From positions 1,359,648 through 1,423,647 of the forward strand of contig SMSO01000014.1 in the NCBI GenBank assembly GCA_004764695.1: a stretch of DNA of 64,000 nt. Direction: 5' to 3'. Shown in pieces: positions 10,266-19,743 of this stretch (positions within the stretch are counted from its first letter, which is position 1; each line of letters opens with the position of its first letter). A program made the translations under genes and the position numbers. The notes under the pieces were generated by a model that saw only the letters and a program-made list of their open reading frames with translations, made no database searches and was not told the origin of the DNA. The stretch is from Schizochytrium sp. TIO01. Taxonomy: Eukaryota > Protista > Bigyra: Labyrinthulomycetes.

Positions 10266-12467
10266 TTAGCTTGCTACATCTTCTCGTTCGTAAAACATCA
10301 AATAAACGTTCTGAAGCACCGCCTTCGTCATGGCAAAATCCCTGTGTGATAAATCCCGTTTAACATTCAAGTCATCATAACAAGTCCATTTACCAGCATT
10401 CAGATCATAGGTTGCTGCTGTATAATGACCAGAGTCACTTCGCTGGCCCTTATGAAGAACCATACCACGTAAACGATAGGTGTCTCCAGCGAAGACGATT
10501 CTCAGCTGTGGATTAACCTTCAGGTTGTTCTTTGTTTCCTCCCCCCAGACAAAGCGGTGAAGCTGCAAAGCTAAGATAGGTGCTGTGCGTAGAACGTTGG
10601 TGTGTTTCGTAGCTCCAGTTTCCTCGCATGCAGAGCATTTGAAGTCGTTAACATGGACATCACCCAAGTAGTTTTCCAGCAATTCCTCGACCTTCATCGG
10701 GGGTGCCTCTGAATCGATTGTTAAAGTAGATATCGCCTTCCCACGGCTAGTCACTCGGTCAGCCCCACCAGATAAATCCAAAGGAACATTTAGGTACGAA
10801 GCAACAGTTTTGCTCTCATAATCACAGTGATTACATGACACACGCTCTTCGAATTTAGACTCAAAAGAAGAATGAACAACAGCTGGCGCAACGAGCTCAA
10901 CCATGTTTAGCAAATAAGAGACAAATTCATGGGCATCTTGCTGCTCACATGAGGCAAAACGTGATGCATTGTCGCTGTCTAGCTTGCTCACAGCAATCCG
11001 AATGTCGCGAACATCAAATTGTGTGATCGACCGGTCAGGTTCTGATTCACGACGCTTAATTGCTTCCTCGCCGCCCCGAACGTAGTTTCTGAGTGCCCTG
11101 AGCTTTTTCATGCAAATTAAAGCGTCGGGTGGCACCTTTTCTTTGGGATGATCACCACTATCATCGATCTCCATTAGCATGGGCTCCTCGTCAGAATTAT
11201 TGATACTTTTATTCTCGTTGGATTCTTGTGCGCTGCTCGCGAGTCTACTCTCAGCAACATCAAGTGCTTTGGAAATGAAAGCATCGAGGCGAATCAAAAC
11301 TTGAAGCACAGCATTTGCGTAGCATTGGTTTTCGCGGTTCTTCAACCCACCAATGCTACTGCCTTGTTCGAAAGAGCGAGTAGGTTCGCTAGAGCCCGAA
11401 CCAAAAACCGGGCTCTGTTTCAACGGTGATGAAGATGCGATTTTTCCTTTTTGAGAACTTTTTCTGATTGAAAAAAAAACAGAACTACTCGTAATAGAGT
11501 GTCTGCGCTCGCCTACTGTGGCAAGTTTGGATTCACGCTGCGGTGTACTAGCTCCCGAATCTTCCCGTGGCAATTTTGAAGTTGACGAGCGGCTTTCTGA
11601 GGATGCTGAAATTGATGGCGGAGTTTTTGTAAAATTCAAAGTACCTACCTTGGTCTGGTGGGGTTTTGATGGTGTCAGCACTTGAACAGGTGATTTGAAA
11701 GGAGCGTTAAGGCTGGAAGGTTTCGGAGATGCTACAGAGCTAGCCTTTTGTGTTGGTGAGATCTGCTGTGTACGTAAAGGGGAAGGTCTAGTGACACTCT
11801 CAATCCTTAGAGTTGGATAGCGCATTGAATTTGCCGATGAAGCAGCCTTCCGAGGTCTAGCACCGTATTGGCGCAGGGCTTTGCTGCTTGGAAGTGACGG
11901 CTTTGTCCAGTCGACTCTGACATTGTCACTAGCTTTCGCCTTTTTCGTTTTCAGTTTTTCGAATTCTGCCCCCCGTTCATCACGGTCTTCAACTCCCCGC
12001 TTAGAACCAGACAAAGCTCTATTAGGGGACAAGGCTTGTGTAAGAGAAGCACTATGTTTGATTGTAGATTTCCTTCCACCATGTAAAGGAGGTAAGTCCG
12101 CATCCGAGATATGACTGAAGCTGATTTTTCCAATCTTGAATTTTGCAGAGCTTTCCATGAGCCAAGTATATATATTCTCCAGACCCGACGTGCCTTGAGA
12201 TTCAACACGAACTTGGTTCGTTCCCTTACGATTATATTCAATTAACAATATGCTCTTAGACTGACCCAGAGACACCTGCGTCATGAAATCTAGCTGAATC
12301 TTGAGGGTTTTCTTTTCTGTGCCATTTACAACGTAAGTGAACTTTAAGCTATGCGACGGAGTTTGCTTTACCTCAAGGAGATTGCCTTCATTCGTGTCGA
12401 TAACGTTCTTTACGTCATTGCCACGGAACTGCAGCCCAAAATCCTGCACCGCAATCCGCTTCACCAT
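10266..12467 (-). CDS. Ubiquitin-specific protease (peptidase C19); layout resembles USP37/USP29
   Basis: Cys box GLKNRENQCYANAVLQ, QQDAHEF, CxxC pairs (CNHC, CSAC), His box HKGQRSDSGHY..W..YDD, terminal VYLMFY. The N-terminal ~110 aa is a globular, possibly PH-like domain followed by an S/P-rich linker. Confidence 0.92.
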   Translation of the reverse strand: MVKRIAVQDFGLQFRGNDVKNVIDTNEGNLLEVKQTPSHSLKFTYVVNGTEKKTLKIQLDFMTQVSLGQSKSILLIEYNRKGTNQVRVESQGTSGLENIYTWLMESSAKFKIGKISFSHISDADLPPLHGGRKSTIKHSASLTQALSPNRALSGSKRGVEDRDERGAEFEKLKTKKAKASDNVRVDWTKPSLPSSKALRQYGARPRKAASSANSMRYPTLRIESVTRPSPLRTQQISPTQKASSVASPKPSSLNAPFKSPVQVLTPSKPHQTKVGTLNFTKTPPSISASSESRSSTSKLPREDSGASTPQRESKLATVGERRHSITSSSVFFSIRKSSQKGKIASSSPLKQSPVFGSGSSEPTRSFEQGSSIGGLKNRENQCYANAVLQVLIRLDAFISKALDVAESRLASSAQESNENKSINNSDEEPMLMEIDDSGDHPKEKVPPDALICMKKLRALRNYVRGGEEAIKRRESEPDRSITQFDVRDIRIAVSKLDSDNASRFASCEQQDAHEFVSYLLNMVELVAPAVVHSSFESKFEERVSCNHCDYESKTVASYLNVPLDLSGGADRVTSRGKAISTLTIDSEAPPMKVEELLENYLGDVHVNDFKCSACEETGATKHTNVLRTAPILALQLHRFVWGEETKNNLKVNPQLRIVFAGDTYRLRGMVLHKGQRSDSGHYTAATYDLNAGKWTCYDDLNVKRDLSHRDFAMTKAVLQNVYLMFYEREDVAS

Positions 12468-13362
12468 CTTCTTTCCAGATATTAATCGTACTTGCTACAC
12501 AAACCACCAAGTCCCTCCAATCTCCACGAATCTTCTACGACTTGGTGGTGATCAGGATAGCGCAAGTTCTTAGACAGTTAGTGTCCGCTCAAGGAGGGCA
12601 GCAGATTGGCTTAAGTTCTGTTGATCTGCGGCTCCCGACGCACTCAGCTCCAGAACAGAACGTTGGAGCAGCTCGCCACGCTCTGCAACAGCTACGAGCT
12701 CCTGACACACAACACTACTGCCAAGTGTTCAGAAAATGGCAAGACGCGCCTCCCGGGAGAGTCGGGCTTTGGCCTTTGGCTGTCAATCTTAATCTAACCA
12801 TCACTCACTCACTCACTCACTCACTCGTACATGACATATGTGAAACTACCTATTTTCATATGCAAAACTGTAGAACTATAGGCTTGGGTTCCTCACTCTT
12901 AGTTGACATCAACGAAACAGCTAGGTATCCATAGTGCTACTACAGGATGAGCGATTATAAATGTGAGTTGCGGATCATACTCTTTGGCATTTGGAGTTTG
13001 GCGATTGCAAAGTGAGGCAAAGCCGATATGTGCTGCTTTTCAAAGAAGGAAGCATAATCCATAATCAAATGGTGAGGGTTGGTGAAATATGTCCAGAGTA
13101 ATAGAATTGTCCAGCTCAGAAAACTAGTTATACCTAGATCAGAGATAAACTTGTAGGGATCTAGTTTCATGGAGCAGTATGAGACACTCTTTGGATCGGG
13201 GTCTATTGCTCGTTTGCAGCAAAGAAATCAATAATGATCGATTACTCAGGAAAATGATGTTTTAAAATATTATTTTTATGAAGTTTAAAATCTGCCAATC
13301 AAACAAAAGAAAAGTGATGAAGGTTTTCTTGTTATGCTTGCAAGTGTGATAGATCCTTTACT

Positions 13363-16300
13363 TTATCCACGCATATTCGTAAAGGATGATCCAGAAAAGG
13401 AGGATCCTCCTCCTCCCCCAGAGTTACCACCAAAACCGCCAAAACCTCCGCCACTGCTACCGCCAAAGCCACCACCACCAGCGGTACCACCAAAGCCACT
13501 GCCACCTCCGGTGTTACCACCAAAGCTGCTGGCGTTCCCGCCAAAGCCACCTCCAGTGGGGGCAGAACCAAAGCCAGAGCTACCAAAGCCCCCGGAAGAT
13601 CCACTGCTACTGGTTCCAAATCCTCCTCCGTTGTTAAAGCCGCTGGACCCTCCACCAGCTGAGGTGCCAAAGCCTGAGTTTGTTCCAAAGCCACTAGACC
13701 CACCACTCGATGAGGCACCAAAGCCAGAAGCCCCTCCGCCTGAGCTTGAGCCAAAGCCTCCACTACTGTTACCAAAGCCACCTGACCCACTGGTGGCTGC
13801 AGCTGGAGAGCCAAAACTGGATGAGCTACTACCAGCAAAACCAGCAAAACCACCCCCGTTGGCTCCCGCAGACTGCGCTCCCATACCATTAGAGCTTGGC
13901 GTGCCGAATCCAGAACTGCCAAAGCCACCACTACTGCCACTAGCTCCGAAACCACTGGAATTGCCAAATCCGCCTGGAGTGGCACCAAAAGCGCCGCCGC
14001 TGCCCATAGCTTGTCCACCAGTATTACCTCCTGCAAAGAAACCTGTTGAACCTGGGCCATACTTCTTTTCAAGCTGTGCAAATAGCTCAGTCTCGCGCCC
14101 ACGATAACGTTCCAATGTCTTGTCTACAGAGTTCAACTTTTCTGGGTTTTGCTTTTGGTAAAATTCTACAAGACGTTGCCGCGCATCCATGTTATTTCCA
14201 CCTCCTGGTGTTTGTTGCTGTTGCTGTCCACCAAACATCGAACCACCGACGGGAGTTGAAGTAGATGCGCCAAAACCAGATGAGCCCAGAGGCTGTGACG
14301 AGCCAAATGATGATGCCGAGGGAGTCGAAGTTCCAAATCCAGAACTCGACTGGCCAAATCCAGAACTCGATTGACCAAATCCAGAACTCGATTGACCGAA
14401 CCCTGTGTTTGAAGACGCTTGGTTCCCGAAGCCGGAACTGCCAGTACCTCCAAGTCCCGAAGACATTGAAGTTGAACCAAAGACACTGTTTGACCCACCA
14501 GAAGACTCGCCGGTGCCATCGTTAGGTATAAGTTTAATCTTGGTTCGGTACTTCTTTTCTAAGAGGTCGAACATATGGTTGAAGTTTTGTTTATACTTCT
14601 CCATGTTTTGATCAAGCTTACTTATTAGCTCAGGTTTGTGCTCACGGTAGAACTCAGCCAACGTCTTTCGAATATCAACGTTGGTCAAATCACGTTCGCT
14701 ATTTGCTACTGAGGGCGCTGGAGAACTTGGTGTTGCGGGTGTTGAAGTTCCGAACAATCCTGATGAAGAACTGGAGGCCCCAAAGAGACCAGTACTTGAT
14801 GATGAAGGTGTACTTGGTGTTTGCTGGGTTGTATTACCAAACAGTGGCTTGGGCGCTTCTGGAGAGTTTTGCTGCTTACCATCATTGGAGTCTGTAACTT
14901 CTTTGCTAAGTTGCGAATTGTTGGAAGAACTCAATGCCTGACCAGCTACACCAAATAATGATGAGGAGGCACCTTCTGCCTTTTTAGGCGTGAAAGGCGG
15001 TTTTGGTGCTTCTTCATTCTTGGTCTGAGACGTGCCACCTTGTCCAAGGAAGAGTGACGAACTACTAGACGAACCACTAGTGTTTCCAAAGAGACCGGAG
15101 CTCTTCTTTTCTTCCTTCTCTTGCTCTGCTTCTTCCTGTGAAGGTTCTTGAGATGCAAAAGAGCCGCTCACTTCATTTGACGACTGACTCTTAGCACCAA
15201 ATAAACCTCCAGATCCTGGGCCAAATGTACTGCTCTTCTTGTCGCTAGGTTTGGTTTGTGCGCCTGGCTTAGTGTCCGACCAAGACGCACCAACTGCTTC
15301 CTCCGACACAACTGGCCGCAACTTCGGAGGGTCAGCCATATGGCTAAGTGCTTCCTCTTGCTTTTCCGTTAAACCAGGTCGACGCTGGCTGAACGAGTTT
15401 ATAAAATCAAGAGATCCATCATCTGTTAAGGTTCCATCAGCCTCAACAGACTGACGAGATGTTTTAGCAGCTAGGCTTCGTCGCCAGCGCAACTCCTTGC
15501 GAGCAGCCGACCTTGCTTCTTTCAATGGACGTGCCTGTCTCATTTCTTGCCCAGTGGAATCGCGCATGATAATAGGTTGAGCAGAGATGTGCTCTTTGAT
15601 CATAGCATCAATTGAGTCTAGATCAGCTAATTCTTGTTCATAGGTTTTGGTTAAGCTTGGAGATCCACCATTGTTGCTGAGGGTTGGAACCAAAGCACTT
15701 TGATCCGAGAATTCCCCAATCTTGCCCTGTTCAATTTCGTCAATATCCTCGACATCATCAATCGCAGCCTTAAGCCTTGAATTAATACCATTAAGCCTGG
15801 CGTAAAGTGAACGCATTTCGTCGAAACTGGTTCGGGCGCGCTTATACATACTCATTGCGCGTCTCATGAGCTGTCTCTGACGCTCGACATATGTCTCATT
15901 GCTAGCTGCCAGTGTGACAACTCTTCGTGAGTCACGTTGATCAGGCGGGTTTCTCTGGCTAAGGCTAATCGTGCGCTGCTGATTTTGCAATGTTTCACGT
16001 AGGGATGTCATCTGGTGCTCCATCATCTCGCGAAATCTCTCCAGATCGTGTACCCGTTTATTTGCACTTTGCAAATGCAACAAAAGTTCTGCAAGTTCCT
16101 CATCTGAAGCTTCAATTTGCGGGGCATGTTCAATAGATTCGAAACCTTGATCAAAACTGGGTCCACTGTTATGGCCATCAGGTTGCAAGGATCTCATCCG
16201 AGAATGCATTTGATTCTTTACAGATTCGAAGAGTGACAGATAGTTCAAGTAGTTGCGGCGCGTGGCAGCGAGAAAATCAGCCCCTTCCCTTACGAGTTTC

Positions 16301-19300
16301 TTAACATCGTTCTGGGCAAAACTTAGTGCTTCCTCAATGTTGTCTCTCAATGTTTTCGTTTTATCTTCGAGTTCTTCATCATTCTCCGGCCATGTCATAG
16401 TCATCCTGGCAATATCTTCCTGCATATCTTCGTCTTTGGCCTGTACAAGATTAAGAGTACTGCGCAGGAGCCGTCGGGTCTCCTCCTCTGGATCTGTAGA
16501 TTTATTCAGAGATTCTTTCATCTTTGTCAGATGTCCACGCGGCTCATAAATACCTTCGTCTTTCTCTAAACGAAGCTTCATGAGAGACAACCGAGGTGCG
16601 GAACTTAGGCGCTTTGCCCGGACTTGTGTGTTAAGTTCTGCTTGCAGTTTCTCATTTCTAGCCTCCTGTTCGTTCAGAGACTCTCGCAAACCTGCAATCG
16701 TTTCTCGATAAACGTTTTCAGTGTTTGACTTCATGGTGGTAACATGCATGGTCTCGGCATCGGCATTGGCTTTGGCTTTGGCATCGGCATTAGCCTTGGC
16801 TCTGGCATTAGCATCAGCTTTGACTCTGGCATCAGCATCAGCCTTGGCTCTGGCATCAGCATCAGCCTTGGTTCTGGCATCAGCATCAGCCTTGGCTCTG
16901 GTATCAGCATCAGCCTTGGCTCTGGCATCAGCATCAGCCTTGGTTCTGGCATCAGCATCAGCCTTGGCTCTGGTATCAGCATCAGCCTTGGCTCTGGCAT
17001 CAGCATCAGCCTTGGCTCTGGCATTAGCATCAGCCTTGGCTCTGGCATCAGCATCAGCCTTGGCTCTGGCATCAGCATCAGCCTTGGCTCTGGCATCAGC
17101 ATCAGCCTTGGCTCTGGCATCAGCATCAGCCTTGGCTCTGGCATCAGCATCAGCCTTGGCTCTGGCATCAGCATCAGCCTTGGCTCTGGCATCAGCATCA
17201 GCCTTGGCTTTGACATCATCATTTACATTAGCGTTAGAAATGATGGCATTGGATGATTTTGCAATCAAACTTAGGTCTACTTTTTGATCCTTGTATTTTC
17301 CACTGAGGCGATCAAATACAGCCGAGTATTTACCCTCATACTTGTCTAAAATTCCCTCAACACCACCTAGTTTTGTGGGATCAATGCGTTTGTAAAAATC
17401 TGTTAAGAGGATCCTTGCCTCGTCTCTTGTGAAGACGCGTTGCTCTGGTGGTACAAATGTAACAGTTGGAGGACAGTCCTTGTAATAACCTGTGACACCA
17501 TCACGGCAGGTGTAAATCATCCCTTCTTGAGCGCCAGTGAATGGTACATCACCCTTGGTTTCTGATTTTGACCTGTTCTCGAAGCTGCTAGTGGTAGCGG
17601 TGCTGCCAAAAAGAGAGCCTCCCGTAGAAGATGTCCCACCCCCAGAATTTCCAAATAATGACGATGTGCCATTTCCTTGCGGTTGAGCAGCGGCGGCGGT
17701 TCCAAAAGAGGTAGAAGAGCCCCCAAAGAGACTTTGCGTGGGTTGGCTAGAAAGGGAGTTTGACATCGCTCCGAAACCAAAACTTGATTTTGCCTCGCTA
17801 TTTGAAGAACCTACAGCTGATTTGCTTGCTTCTCCAAACAACGAGCCGTTTGAGACCTTCTCGGTGCTTGAAGAGGATGAAGAGCCTCCGAAGAGACTTT
17901 GCGTGGGTTGGCTAGAAAGGGAGTTTGACATCGCTCCGAAACCAAAACTTGATTTTGCCTCGCTATTTGAAGAACCTACAGCTGATTTGCTTGCTTCTCC
18001 AAACAACGAGCCGTTTGAGACCTTCTCGGTGCTTGAAGAGGATGAAGAGGATGTACTGAATAGAGATCCAGCACCAGTAGATTTGCCTGTGAATAGGTCT
18101 GTTTTTCCTGACTGAGCATCGCCCGCTTTGCTCTGAGCTGTTGCACCGAAGGTTGTAGATGAAGGTGCAGAGGAACTAAAATCAAAAGCAGAACCGCCCA
18201 TACCAGATGTAGGCTTAGAGTTCACTTTGTTGTCGGATTTAGCTGGAGAGGGGACGGATCGTGCTGTGGGCAAGCTAGAGGTTGTGAGACACATTCCTGG
18301 AATGGTTGCTGCTGATGATGTTGTGGAATATTCAGTATCCGCAAAGGCAAAATGTTCAAGGATACCATCAGTAGTGCTGACTACAATTGTGGGAGGCGGG
18401 GCAAAATGAGGCTTCCCTTCAAGCTCACCGTCAGTGCCATAGATGTGGTCTGGGGCAACCTTTGCCTTCACACAGAGAGCCATGGCCATGCCAAGCACAA
18501 ATGGGTTTTCCTGAAAACCAATTTCGGGGTCATCATCCCCGTTGTCGGCTAGGACCCATGGGCGCTCAGCAAGACTCCAGATTGAGCCACCACATATTTC
18601 AGGTGTTTCTACTGGATCTTGACGCATCATGACTTTATTACGTTCAATGGCGAAATCACCACCGTCAGCTATAGTGAAGATGGCCATATTTCGACTCCAT
18701 GTTGATGTCAGTACCATACCGTTTAAGTGAGGGATTCTTTGCATGAAAAAGCGATGTTCCCAGGACTTATCACGAATGGAATAATCAAGCGGATCAGATA
18801 AGAACTGCGAAGCAATCACCTGGGCTGACTGAAGATCCAGCTGGACAACCGCAAGAGCCGGCAAAGGAGGTGGGTCATCGTCGTCTTCATCAGAGCCTAT
18901 CGCAACAGCGCTGCGGAAACCCACAGCCAAAACTGATTCGGACATCCATGCAAGAGCGTTTGCATTGACATTACCTTCAAGCTCTTCTGATTCGATTTGA
19001 AATGAACCACGCTGCTCAAGGTTATTAGTTTGAAAGAGGTGAACAGAACCATCATCCATACCCACCGCAATGATTGATTTGGAATCGCCTTCGAAGCCCG
19101 AAGCGCAGGCCAGACCCCTTAAGCTCTCGTCGGAGAACTTTGAACTGGATATATCTTCGCCGTCTGCGGCATTGAATAATTGCAGCGAATCTTCGGACAC
19201 CACCGCGACACGTTCATCCTCGAGGAAGGCAACGTCTTGGACAGACAGCTGTTTTCGCCAGAGGGGCGAGCGCTTTGCATTTCGTGTTAGACCTCCAAGG

Positions 19301-19743
19301 TCGAACATAAAAAAGGTATTGTCTAACGACCATGCAGCTACAAGGGTCTCTGACCACGGACAAAGTTTCAAGCCCAAGAGAGGCTTTTTAGCTTCTAAGC
19401 ACGCCCAGATAGGAGGCTCTGCGATAGCATCGCGTTCCTGTGCCAAGTTAACGCCTTCTTTTGCCATGAAGGATTCCATCTCCATGTAATAGTCTTCCTC
19501 GCCAGTGCCCTCCTGGTTGGTCCACTCTCGAATATGGACATCGCATTCTGAGATTTGTAGCAAGAGGCCAAACTTGGACGAGACGCAGATAGTCTGGGTG
19601 GCTCTCTCCTTCGGTTTGAGCAAATGTCTAGGCACCCGTTCAGCACTCTTCACCTTTCCACGGGACACAACGTAGATTCTATCGCTCACATCAATGTTGC
19701 CAATCTCCTCATCAGGCGTTACAGCCTGTAGGATCTCAACCAT
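13363..19743 (-). CDS. Nup214/Nup159-like FG nucleoporin (2126 aa)
   Basis: N-terminal ~480 aa beta-propeller-like region, SLFG/GFG repeats, a central coiled coil, and a C-terminal G/S/F-rich FG region ending SFSGSSFTNMRG. This matches the Nup214/Nup159 layout. Confidence 0.82.
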   Translation of the reverse strand: MVEILQAVTPDEEIGNIDVSDRIYVVSRGKVKSAERVPRHLLKPKERATQTICVSSKFGLLLQISECDVHIREWTNQEGTGEEDYYMEMESFMAKEGVNLAQERDAIAEPPIWACLEAKKPLLGLKLCPWSETLVAAWSLDNTFFMFDLGGLTRNAKRSPLWRKQLSVQDVAFLEDERVAVVSEDSLQLFNAADGEDISSSKFSDESLRGLACASGFEGDSKSIIAVGMDDGSVHLFQTNNLEQRGSFQIESEELEGNVNANALAWMSESVLAVGFRSAVAIGSDEDDDDPPPLPALAVVQLDLQSAQVIASQFLSDPLDYSIRDKSWEHRFFMQRIPHLNGMVLTSTWSRNMAIFTIADGGDFAIERNKVMMRQDPVETPEICGGSIWSLAERPWVLADNGDDDPEIGFQENPFVLGMAMALCVKAKVAPDHIYGTDGELEGKPHFAPPPTIVVSTTDGILEHFAFADTEYSTTSSAATIPGMCLTTSSLPTARSVPSPAKSDNKVNSKPTSGMGGSAFDFSSSAPSSTTFGATAQSKAGDAQSGKTDLFTGKSTGAGSLFSTSSSSSSSTEKVSNGSLFGEASKSAVGSSNSEAKSSFGFGAMSNSLSSQPTQSLFGGSSSSSSTEKVSNGSLFGEASKSAVGSSNSEAKSSFGFGAMSNSLSSQPTQSLFGGSSTSFGTAAAAQPQGNGTSSLFGNSGGGTSSTGGSLFGSTATTSSFENRSKSETKGDVPFTGAQEGMIYTCRDGVTGYYKDCPPTVTFVPPEQRVFTRDEARILLTDFYKRIDPTKLGGVEGILDKYEGKYSAVFDRLSGKYKDQKVDLSLIAKSSNAIISNANVNDDVKAKADADARAKADADARAKADADARAKADADARAKADADARAKADADARAKADADARAKADANARAKADADARAKADADTRAKADADARTKADADARAKADADTRAKADADARTKADADARAKADADARVKADANARAKANADAKAKANADAETMHVTTMKSNTENVYRETIAGLRESLNEQEARNEKLQAELNTQVRAKRLSSAPRLSLMKLRLEKDEGIYEPRGHLTKMKESLNKSTDPEEETRRLLRSTLNLVQAKDEDMQEDIARMTMTWPENDEELEDKTKTLRDNIEEALSFAQNDVKKLVREGADFLAATRRNYLNYLSLFESVKNQMHSRMRSLQPDGHNSGPSFDQGFESIEHAPQIEASDEELAELLLHLQSANKRVHDLERFREMMEHQMTSLRETLQNQQRTISLSQRNPPDQRDSRRVVTLAASNETYVERQRQLMRRAMSMYKRARTSFDEMRSLYARLNGINSRLKAAIDDVEDIDEIEQGKIGEFSDQSALVPTLSNNGGSPSLTKTYEQELADLDSIDAMIKEHISAQPIIMRDSTGQEMRQARPLKEARSAARKELRWRRSLAAKTSRQSVEADGTLTDDGSLDFINSFSQRRPGLTEKQEEALSHMADPPKLRPVVSEEAVGASWSDTKPGAQTKPSDKKSSTFGPGSGGLFGAKSQSSNEVSGSFASQEPSQEEAEQEKEEKKSSGLFGNTSGSSSSSSLFLGQGGTSQTKNEEAPKPPFTPKKAEGASSSLFGVAGQALSSSNNSQLSKEVTDSNDGKQQNSPEAPKPLFGNTTQQTPSTPSSSSTGLFGASSSSSGLFGTSTPATPSSPAPSVANSERDLTNVDIRKTLAEFYREHKPELISKLDQNMEKYKQNFNHMFDLLEKKYRTKIKLIPNDGTGESSGGSNSVFGSTSMSSGLGGTGSSGFGNQASSNTGFGQSSSGFGQSSSGFGQSSSGFGTSTPSASSFGSSQPLGSSGFGASTSTPVGGSMFGGQQQQQTPGGGNNMDARQRLVEFYQKQNPEKLNSVDKTLERYRGRETELFAQLEKKYGPGSTGFFAGGNTGGQAMGSGGAFGATPGGFGNSSGFGASGSSGGFGSSGFGTPSSNGMGAQSAGANGGGFAGFAGSSSSSFGSPAAATSGSGGFGNSSGGFGSSSGGGASGFGASSSGGSSGFGTNSGFGTSAGGGSSGFNNGGGFGTSSSGSSGGFGSSGFGSAPTGGGFGGNASSFGGNTGGGSGFGGTAGGGGFGGSSGGGFGGFGGNSGGGGGSSFSGSSFTNMRG
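16753..17208 (-). repeat. Coding 24-bp minisatellite, 19 units encoding AKADADAR
   Basis: 456 bp = 19 x 24 bp; consensus GCCAAGGCTGATGCTGATGCCAGA on the coding strand. Confidence 0.95.
17726..18049 (-). repeat. Tandem coding duplication, 165-bp period (55 aa), within the FG region
   Basis: 17726-17884 and 17891-18049 read as identical. Confidence 0.92.

Noticed and set aside
13334-14107. 257-aa Pro-rich extensin-like ORF on the + strand
   Set aside because: Antisense shadow of the Gly-rich FG region (GGN codons read as Pro).
16721-17287. ASALAL, LMLMPEPR and GISISLGS repeat ORFs
   Set aside because: Alternative frames of the stop-free 24-bp minisatellite.
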